Below are positions 24,653 to 33,326 of a DNA stretch of 64,000 nt, piece after piece. The DNA comes from Epithemia pelagica (taxonomy: Eukaryota > Protista > Bacillariophyta): assembly GCA_946965045.2 (NCBI GenBank), contig OX337229.1, forward strand, positions 5,580,001 through 5,644,000, written 5' to 3'. Numbering within the stretch: the stretch's first letter is position 1; each line of letters opens with the position of its first letter. The notes under the pieces were generated by a model, which saw only the letters and a program-made list of their open reading frames with translations, did not search any database and was not told the origin of the DNA. The translations under genes and the position numbers were made by a program.

Positions 24653-25026
24653 AATCTTCTTGGAGGGCGAATGCCCGAGGATCTCTTCTGGGATGGACGC
24701 ACGGATCCGTCTGTAAGGCGCCGGTCGGCATGCATCATCGTCATCATCGATCGTGCCTTGTTCTTCGTCACAAAAATCTTTGAATGATCTCAAAATCAAA
24801 CGGGTGATCCATCCAAAGTTGCTTGAGTAGGAAGAGGACCACCGAAACACCATCCTACCAGTGACAATGTTTCGAAATTCTGTGATATCCACCAGGTGGG
24901 GACTTTTCGTCTTTCTGGTTGCCGCGATTGTTTTTTGGAACCGGGAAAGACACGGCGCTTGGGCACTTGTTTCGAATGGCCCGGCGGTTGCGCACTATCA
25001 TGTGCCTTCTGCCCAATGGGCTTCCT
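24653..25026. repeat. 374-bp direct repeat, apparently identical to 19277-19650 (copy D of the GLUT/Tic20 divergent promoter)
   Basis: AATCTTCTTGGAGGGCG...CCCAATGGGCTTCCT; same length and no differences seen by eye. Confidence 0.9.
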
Positions 25027-25661
25027 ACACTCTCACCGGGCCAACAAACTGCATGTTGTCTCTTGCCAAGTCGGCGTCTGTAGTGGATCCATTCTCGGTA
25101 TGCTTTCCATTATTGGCTGGATCCAGACGGTCGACTCATGGTTCACCAACACAACTACACATGTGGGGACGAGACGACGAAGATATTGGTGGTGGTATGG
25201 GAAACCGAATCAAATGTTGCTTTCCCTACCTATTACCGCTAATAGATGGTGATCATTTTGGATACTTTATTTACCAACGAATTCCAGTGTTGGGTTTGAT
25301 CAACGAAGTCTTGCTGGGTCCCTTGGTCCAACTCAACATCAATATTCCCTTTTTTGGATTGGCCTTTTTTCTCGCCATGACATTAGGAACGCGATTCAAT
25401 ACCGATATGGATCGGAATCTTCGTTACAATGCTCAACAGGCGGCCCTGATTGATATTGCCCTCATTTTTCCCGAACTGATTGCCAGCGGAATTGAGGAGG
25501 GAGACGTACCACGATCCATTGCTGAACCATGCAGCAATTTTGTTTGGTACGCATACATGAGCGCAGTTGTATATAGTGTCTATTCCAATTTACGGGGAAA
25601 GAAACCGAGCGGTATACCATTTCTGAGTGAGTCTGCCGAATGGATGGTGGGACCCTTTTAG
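24867..25661 (+). CDS. tic20: Tic20-family plastid inner-envelope import protein with bipartite leader
   Basis: RIKCCFPYLLPLIDGDHFG and RYNAQQAALIDIALIFP match Tic20 motifs; leader MFRNSVISTRWGLFVFLVAAIVFWNRERHGAWA-L followed by an S/T-rich transit-like region. Confidence 0.85.
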   Translation: MFRNSVISTRWGLFVFLVAAIVFWNRERHGAWALVSNGPAVAHYHVPSAQWASYTLTGPTNCMLSLAKSASVVDPFSVCFPLLAGSRRSTHGSPTQLHMWGRDDEDIGGGMGNRIKCCFPYLLPLIDGDHFGYFIYQRIPVLGLINEVLLGPLVQLNINIPFFGLAFFLAMTLGTRFNTDMDRNLRYNAQQAALIDIALIFPELIASGIEEGDVPRSIAEPCSNFVWYAYMSAVVYSVYSNLRGKKPSGIPFLSESAEWMVGPF

Positions 25662-25876
25662 AATCAAATGGCTCGCGGAGAACCGCTTATTCTCCAACTT
25701 GTAAAAAATGAAACATGCTAGATTCCGCAAAACCGAGCTGCTCTGTTTAGGAATACTCATGGATAGAGTACCATATCGATAGATGCGGTTCCTACGCCAC
25801 AATTCATTCGACTTGGTTCGTGACGGAATAACAACGACGGCCGTTATACAGCTCCGCTTTCCCGATTTTTGTTTCC

Positions 25877-26110
25877 TCACTCTTTGGTTTCATCTTTCTT
25901 GGCGGCAAGGTTGTTTTTTCTTCGCTTGGTAAGAGGAGCTTCCAGTAGATCGATATTGAAGCCACACAAGAGTGCTTCTCGTGCCAAAATGGTATTCTTG
26001 ATCTTGAGATCTTCTTCCTGCCTTCGAAGTCGTTTCAACAGGCGTATCATGGCGACCGATTCCGTTCGTAGTCGCTGGATCTCTTCCTCGTCATCGCTTG
26101 CTTGTTGCAT
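25877..26110 (-). CDS. Small coiled-coil protein with basic NLS-like motif
   Basis: 77-aa ATG ORF, helical EIQRLRTESVAMIRLLKRLRRQEEDLKIKN and KRRK. No family assigned. Confidence 0.45.
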   Translation of the reverse strand: MQQASDDEEEIQRLRTESVAMIRLLKRLRRQEEDLKIKNTILAREALLCGFNIDLLEAPLTKRRKNNLAAKKDETKE

Positions 26111-26426
26111 TTCTACACTTCTCTCTCAGGACAACAAGGGCAATCGATCCGCTCTTGTTCACTTGGTGTATCACGCTTGGGCTCCTTGCAGCAGCAGCGG
26201 AACTCGGCGTCCAACTCACCCGGATGATTCAAAAACTCGGAGCCGTGGGGCATAACAATTGCGTCCGCCGATCCATCCCGGACCAAAAGGAATTCCCGTG
26301 TCTCACTTTTTGTGTTTTGGTTATTGCCCGGGTCTGTTTCCCCCAAGAATGTCCATGTCTCGTGAAAAACCACATCATCCGATATCCCGATCTCGACTGA
26401 AAATGAGAGAACTTTTGTTCATCCAA

Positions 26427-26726
26427 GAGAGAAAAAACTTTTGGAACGAGACGCAAGAAAGAAAAGAGAACCAGAGAGAGAAACCAGGAAGCATCACAAT
26501 CTGTATTATCCTAGGCCATCTGTTGGATCTCCCACATCGGAAATCCGAAAGGCAAAGGAATCTTTTGCTTTTTGTTTGTTCAGATTCAAGAGTAAGAGAA
26601 AAACTTATGGAACGACACGTAAAGAAAGAAAAGAAGAGCAAGAGAGAAACCACGAAGCATCGCAATCTGTAGTATCCTAGGCCATCTGTTGGATCTCCCA
26701 AATCCAAAAGGCAACGGTATCTTTTG
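26427..26726 (+). repeat. Degenerate ~167-bp tandem duplication
   Basis: ...GAAGCATC(A/G)CAATCTGTA(T/G)TATCCTAGGCCATCTGTTGGATCTCCCA... occurs twice about 167 bp apart. Confidence 0.75.
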
Positions 26727-27760
26727 TGCTATAGAGAGGCATCGTGTCGTGTTGTCTACTAGGTAGGTAGGACCCTACAGAGGAATGGTTCCACTCCTAT
26801 TGCATGTAGAAAACTTGTATGTGGAATGCTCCTAGAAACCCGTGGTCTATTATCAAGGAGAGTAGTCCATGATCATGAATGATATCTCACGGTATCCAAA
26901 ATATCCTAGATCCTATAGAGGTCAACCATGCAGCAGCCGATGGATATGGATAACCTTATGGATATCCGTAAGGATATGGAGAGTGGATAGTCGACTTTCG
27001 ACTTTCCCAACCAAGACATACGAGTATTGTAAGGTTAGGCCATAGACCCGCCGGATGCCGGAGGATAGCGAATCATAGAGCGACCTATTGAGACACGAAA
27101 GCGACACACTTGTGGTGTGATTTGTTTCGGACGGAGTGTCACCCTGAAATGCACGTTTGGATTGTGCACGCGCGTGGGGGAGAACTTGTCACGTTGATAG
27201 ATATACTGCACTTAACGACGAAACTCGTCGCGTGAAAAATCTGAGCGCGGGTAGGGCTGTGATCCCGGGAACCGACCGGGAGTTCGTGTGGCTTTTCTCG
27301 CTGGTCTAACCACCAAAAACGATAAAGTAAGATTAGATAATTAGAATTCGCTGAATTAGAGGATTTGTACATATTTAGTCATAGTAAAAAAATCTTAAAA
27401 CCTTTGATTCTAAAGGGCTTACCGGATGCTGATTTCTAGTAGGAGTTGGCACATGACAGGATTCCCTGGAAAGGCGGCGTCTCGTTTCATGTCCCAGATT
27501 TTCCCACACACAAAAGGATTTAATGGCGCCGCCACACACGATTCTTTGCTTCTTGCATTCCAGGATCGTAATAGTCGTGCCTGTTCGGGTCTCCAACCAC
27601 TTTCCCAAGACCTACACAAACAAACTTGATTGATTACTGATTCGATCGTCTTCGGACTGCCGGAGAAGAGACACTCCAAAACCTTTGGATAACCATTGAA
27701 AAGAATTCAACAAACAGACACAAAAAATAAAGAACCAGAGATTGCAACGAAGCAAGCAGA

Positions 27761-29299
27761 ATGGCAGGACGCGGCAACAAAAGAGCAAGTGCATCGATGG
27801 AACGCAGTGAATGGTGGCGTCAATCGATTGTGAAGAGAACCATGTCGTTCGTGGAGGATGACATTCAACACGTTCTGTCCCAATCTCCCTTTCTATTACA
27901 GTCCGCACCCGGAGACCATATTGCGCTCTTTCATCGCTCCGAAATACGAGCAGGGCCACGACTGGGCAAGGGAGGATTTTCCAATGTCTATGAGATTGTT
28001 TCGTTTGACCTCAACCCTCAGTACAGCCAATTGCTGACGAAACAACAACAACAATTGCGAGAACACTATCGCGAACAAACTAGAACCGGAAAAGGTCGCT
28101 ATGCGCTCAAACACCTTCAAGAGCGTCTCCTCAATGAACCAAAATCGTTTCAATGTGCGGCCTCCGATTTGGCGGTCGAGGCTGCCTACATGTCCGCAAT
28201 TGATCATCCCAACATTCTGGCTGTACGAGGACTTCCCATTCACGGATTGGAATCCTTTGCAGAAGGCAGACACGACAGCTACTTTATTGTTTTGGATCGA
28301 CTGGAGCATACATTAGACCGAAGAATAGCACATTGGAGGCAGCAAGACATGCCTCTGCTGGGCAAGGCCGGCCATGCCCTCCAACTCGCGGGTGCCTTGA
28401 ATTACTTGCACGAACGAGGGATATTGTTTCGGGATTTGAAACCACAAAACATTGGTTTTACGGCGGATGGAAGACTAAAATTGATGGACTTTGGCTTGTG
28501 TCGAGAACTGCCTGCCGGAGTTTCTAGTCCAGACGATGTTTTTGAAATGTCCGGTGTCGGAACAAGAAGATATATGGCGGTGGAAATTGTTAATACAGCC
28601 TTTTACAACGATAAGGCAGACGTGTACAGTTGGGCTATGGTGTTTTGGGAAATGTTAAGCTTGGAAAGACCTTACACCTCCTATTCGGTCGAAGATCATA
28701 CCCGGCGCGTCTGTCAGGGTGGTGAACGACCCCGATTGCACAAACACTGGCCCTTGCCCATTCAAAACTTGTTGCAACATTCGTGGACCACGTCCATACC
28801 GGACCGGTTATCCATGAAAGAAGTGGAATGCCTCCTTCGAACCTACATTGAATGCTGTCGAGTCCTGGAGGACGAGACGCCCGAATCACCGACCGATGTC
28901 AAGGACCAAAGACTCTCCTCGGAACATTTGACACAACAGCCATGGGAATTGCCATTTTCCAATGATATCAGCCAAACGGCCGATTACCGTTATGCCGTGG
29001 ATGCTGACTTGGAGTACAACGATGCTGCGGATCATCCGCCCTGTTATGCGGACGAAACCAGTTTACTCAAGGATCATCGAATGGGATCCTTCACGACTCA
29101 AGACATGTCTTCGCAGGCATCGACTGATATGTTGTCGGTGCAAAGCAGTGTCTTTGAATCGGTGGGTGGAACCACTTGTGTGACGGCGACTACCACGGAT
29201 GTTTCCTCCTTTGATTTGGAGTCCATTGCCTTTCCATCTCCCATGTCGACGATCCGAAAGGCATCTCCTCCGGATTTGTGTCGAGTCTCGAGTATTTAG
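27761..29299 (+). CDS. Ser/Thr protein kinase (TKL-like)
   Basis: LGKGGFSNVY, YALK, FRDLKPQNIG, DFGLC, GVGTRRYMAVE, DVYSWAMVFWE. Confidence 0.93.
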   Translation: MAGRGNKRASASMERSEWWRQSIVKRTMSFVEDDIQHVLSQSPFLLQSAPGDHIALFHRSEIRAGPRLGKGGFSNVYEIVSFDLNPQYSQLLTKQQQQLREHYREQTRTGKGRYALKHLQERLLNEPKSFQCAASDLAVEAAYMSAIDHPNILAVRGLPIHGLESFAEGRHDSYFIVLDRLEHTLDRRIAHWRQQDMPLLGKAGHALQLAGALNYLHERGILFRDLKPQNIGFTADGRLKLMDFGLCRELPAGVSSPDDVFEMSGVGTRRYMAVEIVNTAFYNDKADVYSWAMVFWEMLSLERPYTSYSVEDHTRRVCQGGERPRLHKHWPLPIQNLLQHSWTTSIPDRLSMKEVECLLRTYIECCRVLEDETPESPTDVKDQRLSSEHLTQQPWELPFSNDISQTADYRYAVDADLEYNDAADHPPCYADETSLLKDHRMGSFTTQDMSSQASTDMLSVQSSVFESVGGTTCVTATTTDVSSFDLESIAFPSPMSTIRKASPPDLCRVSSI

Positions 29300-29898
29300 A
29301 AACAGGAACAAGTGATGGATGTGGTACCAGTACCAGTGGGTAGATGGAGTGAACTGTTGTGACGTACGGTCTTTGAACCATTGTAGTATTAGAAAGCAAG
29401 ATGTAGAGAAAATTGTTGTTTAGTTTTTATGTATTGAAAGTCATTTGTAATATGTTTCTACCGAGTCTTTTCTGGTGTACAATGATCGATGAAGAACACG
29501 CCATCGAACAAGATGCAGCCTACACACCCGCAGGTACAAAAGCAGAATCGAGAAATCGTTCCAAGCCACTTCTTTTCTAGCCGCCAGGATTCAACCGGTG
29601 TGCCCAACCAATACAATGAGTCTGCCCTGTTTCGATAGCGTGTCTTCTCCATCAACTCCTTTGCATGATGCTTCTTCACCAGAAGGTGTCAATCCACCAA
29701 CTAGAGGAGAGCTATGAAGGAACCTTCGGTCTGTACGTGACCCGATCTTCTTTCGCGACTGTAGCTGTAGTACGTATGTCTCGACGGGGCAAATGATGCA
29801 TCAACTTCTTTTTTGTTTGCTACCCCTCGCCTTCGCCATCAAAATCAGAGATTGGACATGACGACAATCTTTTCTCGACCACCACCAAAAGAGCGACA

Positions 29899-31386
29899 AT
29901 GAAGTTCATCATGACCTCCCTCGCAGTATCTTCTCTCATGGCGGGCACTTGCCGAGCCTTTACATCGCACACGTTTGGTGCACGTCGAGTACCCTTTGTT
30001 TCACGAATTCAATCTCTGGCCGCGTCCGTCACTTCGGATGCTTCCACCGTCGATGCCGCCGCTGCCACCGACGAAAAGGACGGCGATACTTCAATCTATG
30101 GAACAGAAGCTGAGGCTTTGACGAAGCTCAAGTCCCCCTTTCTCATCACAATGAGAGATCGAGGATTCCTCCATCAGTGCACCGGAATCACCGAATTGGA
30201 CGAAAAGCTCATGGAATCTACACAAGCAGCCTATTTGGGGTTCGACGCCACTGCGGACTCGCTTCATGTTGGAAGCTTGCTTCAAATCATGATCTTGCGT
30301 CATCTCCAAAAGGCAGGACACAAGCCGGTTGTTCTCGTTGGTGGTGGCACCAGTAAGGTTGGAGATCCCACAGGGAAGGATGAATCTCGTGTCATGTTGA
30401 CCGAAGAGGTCATTCAAAAGAATACAGATGGCATCAGCAAGGTCTTTCAAAAGTTTTTGCAATTTGGAGACGAGAATCCTACCGATGCCATTCTTGTGAA
30501 CAACGATGAATGGCTATCGGAGCTTAAATACTTGGATTTTCTTCGAGAGTATGGTACACACTTTACAATCAATCGAATGCTCTCCTACGAATCCGTCAAA
30601 CAACGTCTGGCTCGAGAAGCTCCCTTTTCCTTTCTCGAATTTAACTACATGATTCTTCAAGCCTACGACTTTCTGGAACTCTACCGAAAACACAATACGA
30701 TTCTGCAACTGGGTGGCTCGGACCAATGGGGCAACATGGTATCGGGGACGGAACTCGGTCGTCGCATTGAAGGCGCCCAACTTTTTGCCTTGACGGCACC
30801 CTTGATTACCACATCCGATGGCAAGAAAATGGGCAAAACGGCCAATGGTGCCGTCTGGTTGAATGCCGATCGCTTGTCCGAGTATGACTACTGGCAATTT
30901 TGGCGCAACACGGCCGACGCCGACGTGATTCGGTTCCTCAAACTCTTTACCGAACTGGATATGGAACGGATCCAAGAATTGGAACAATTGGAGGGCGCCG
31001 ATATTAACCAAGCCAAAGTGATTTTGGCCGACGAGGCCACATCCTTGTTGCACGGGAGTGAGTGTTTGGACGCTATTCATCAAACAGCCTCCAACATGTT
31101 TTCGAGTGCAGGAGGTTCCAGCACCGAAAGCCTTTCACGAGTAGTGGCATCCAAAAGTGACTTGGAAGGCGATGGAGTTGGAGTATTAACCTTGTTTGTG
31201 GAGCTTGGGCTGGCGGATACCAAAAATGCTGCCCGTCGTCTCATTCGAGGTGGTGGAGCCAAGCTGAACGATCAAAAGATTGAAGACGAGAACATGTATT
31301 TGAAACTAAGTGATTTTGGTGACTCTGACGAACTTGTTCTAAGGGCAGGCAAAAAGAGAGCTGGTGTAGTCGCTATTGAGCAATAG
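29899..31386 (+). CDS. tyrS: Organellar (bacterial-type) tyrosyl-tRNA synthetase
   Basis: YLGFDATADSLHVGS (HIGH), QLGGSDQWGN, KMGKT (KMSKS), C-terminal S4-like domain; leader ending CRA-F. Confidence 0.96.
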   Translation: MKFIMTSLAVSSLMAGTCRAFTSHTFGARRVPFVSRIQSLAASVTSDASTVDAAAATDEKDGDTSIYGTEAEALTKLKSPFLITMRDRGFLHQCTGITELDEKLMESTQAAYLGFDATADSLHVGSLLQIMILRHLQKAGHKPVVLVGGGTSKVGDPTGKDESRVMLTEEVIQKNTDGISKVFQKFLQFGDENPTDAILVNNDEWLSELKYLDFLREYGTHFTINRMLSYESVKQRLAREAPFSFLEFNYMILQAYDFLELYRKHNTILQLGGSDQWGNMVSGTELGRRIEGAQLFALTAPLITTSDGKKMGKTANGAVWLNADRLSEYDYWQFWRNTADADVIRFLKLFTELDMERIQELEQLEGADINQAKVILADEATSLLHGSECLDAIHQTASNMFSSAGGSSTESLSRVVASKSDLEGDGVGVLTLFVELGLADTKNAARRLIRGGGAKLNDQKIEDENMYLKLSDFGDSDELVLRAGKKRAGVVAIEQ

Positions 31387-32399
31387 CAATGTGCTTCCTA
31401 AATTCAACGGTTAACATGACTTCCAAACCCTTTCTACGAAAGATTCGACTTGGCGTGCAAGACAGGTCTCACACCGGTTGAATTGAGCATTGAGAAGGAT
31501 TGCATCATGCATAGATCCATCGGAAGCGTTTTCATTGAGCAATCTATCCTGGAGGACCCTTCACAGTTTGACGACCCAAAGATCATGTTTGAATCTTCGT
31601 GATCTAAGGGCCTCTCTCTGCCAACACTTTCATTCACAACCCACTCCACTCCTCCCGTCGTCCAGTGAAGAATTGACATTTATCCCGTAATAGGAGTAGG
31701 ACTTCAAACTCCCGAATAGCAGCTAAGCTACCACTCATTGCGAGTTGCGAGTCTAATAACTACCCGATGCGGTCTTTCGTCCACGATCCAAATTCGATTC
31801 GCAAAAGACGACGACGATGAGAGACGAGGCGACAGAGACGCAGTCATCGTATCCAAATGCAAACAACTCCAACTTGCATGTGAATCATCCACACGCTCGC
31901 AATCACGAAACGAATGAGACGCGCGATTGAGCGAACTCCTATGTGCATCATCCACGATCTTGAGTCTTCGCTCGTCGGAAATTGAGGGAAACGGATGGGT
32001 GAAGGTAACGACAGAAACCATTCTCTTTGGGGAGAGGACACAAAACTGTGCCACGGAATCAGTAGAGTGTGACGAAACGGGGCCGCAACTTTGATATGCA
32101 CAATGAGGATCCAAGATCAAGCGCTCAAATCCGGATTGGTCTTTGGCGGCTGCGACGACCATCAAGAACCGCAATGGCAATCCTCCAATTGGCCTCGTCT
32201 TTTGGGAGGTTGGCGTTGGGGCCACTCGTCAGTTGTTGTGAAGCATCCGGACAGGAACGACGAGGAGATTGTGGTGGTAATTGGTGGAGCGAAAGCACAG
32301 TCAGAGGTGTCCAACTCGGTTCTTCTTTTGAATGTGAACGAAACTGCCAAAAAGTGGCGAGAGGGACCACGCCTAAACCAAAAAAGGGATTGCTCTGCC

Positions 32400-32610
32400 T
32401 GTTGAAGGATGTCCCGTCATCGGTCGCTGAGGCGGATGCAACTGCGACCAAGGATACGTCGCCTGGAGCACCAGATGGAGTCGAATGGATGGAAGCTGAA
32501 CGACGTGGCAAGCAATCGAAGAAAAAGAGCCAGAGAGCTCATTCTAAGGAGAATACGTAACTTGTAATCGATTGTTGCCTTTACAGCACAGTTGTTAATA
32601 GGTTTCAACA
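32400..32610 (+). repeat. 5' LTR of Copia element 1 (211 bp)
   Basis: No differences seen versus 38272-38482; 7-bp inverted termini. Confidence 0.97.
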
Positions 32611-32624
32611 TATTCTCCTTAGAA
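32611..32624 (+). promoter_or_regulatory. Non-tRNA primer-binding site, reverse complement of LTR positions 32542-32555
   Basis: TATTCTCCTTAGAA versus TTCTAAGGAGAATA, 14/14; no TGG motif. Confidence 0.8.
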
Positions 32625-32661
32625 AATAATCTCACATTGTGCCGTGAAGTACTGCCGGTCA

Positions 32662-33324
32662 ATGTCTGAGGAACCAAGTCGCCTCACCACTTTATTGAAC
32701 CAGTTGACTTTGTTATCGATCGAGCAGCAAGATCGCATCAACGAGACCTACCGCAGGCACGAACATAACGTGCAACAGCGGGAAGAGGCGTTTCGTGAGG
32801 CCCGACGCGAGCTGGAGGACAAGCACAAAAACGATATCGCGCACGACCGGCGCCTCCTCCGAGACGCTAAGGATCGCATTTACGCGGAAATCCAAGAGAG
32901 GCGGAGGAATTTATTGATTCAAATCCGTTCAACTTCAACTGTGACTGAAGAGCAGGAATTGGTGCCAAAGGTACCTAGGACCGTACAACAACGCACCTCG
33001 GAGGCAGAATTGGATTCATCTCGGGACGAATCGGCTGAGCTAGCGGACGACATCAGGGAACTAGAGGACGGACGCATCGAAATCATCGTTGAGATTCCAG
33101 ATCTCCCCGCAGACGCAACCACCAAACCAAAGAAGCTGGCTATCGGTAGTGACGTGTGGGTATTAAATCCTTTGAAGCTCGCTCGAGTTCAAAAACGAAC
33201 ACACCTCAAGGCCAAAGTGATTGGAACCACCCCATCCGGACAATACAAGCTCCAGGTGTGGAACCCAATCCTCAAGGTAAACGAAGAACATCGACGAATC
33301 CGGAAGAATCTGGCCCTCAGATAA
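32662..33324 (+). CDS. Additional upstream ORF (ORF0) of Copia element 1: coiled coil plus possible KOW/SH3-like C-terminal domain
   Basis: 220-aa ATG ORF between PBS and gag; its TAA lies 2 nt before the gag ATG. Confidence 0.75.
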   Translation: MSEEPSRLTTLLNQLTLLSIEQQDRINETYRRHEHNVQQREEAFREARRELEDKHKNDIAHDRRLLRDAKDRIYAEIQERRRNLLIQIRSTSTVTEEQELVPKVPRTVQQRTSEAELDSSRDESAELADDIRELEDGRIEIIVEIPDLPADATTKPKKLAIGSDVWVLNPLKLARVQKRTHLKAKVIGTTPSGQYKLQVWNPILKVNEEHRRIRKNLALR

Positions 33325-33326
33325 TC

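Noticed and set aside
26113-26373. 86-aa minus-strand ORF
   Set aside because: No motif and unclear relation to the neighbouring 77-aa ORF.
29899-31386. Bacterial-type intronless TyrRS as recent horizontal transfer or contamination
   Set aside because: It carries an organellar targeting leader and sits among eukaryotic genes; organellar TyrRS is expected to be bacterial-type.
33156-33326. N-terminal extension of Gag-Pol overlapping ORF0
   Set aside because: Starts at a non-ATG codon; the ATG at 33327 is the simpler start.
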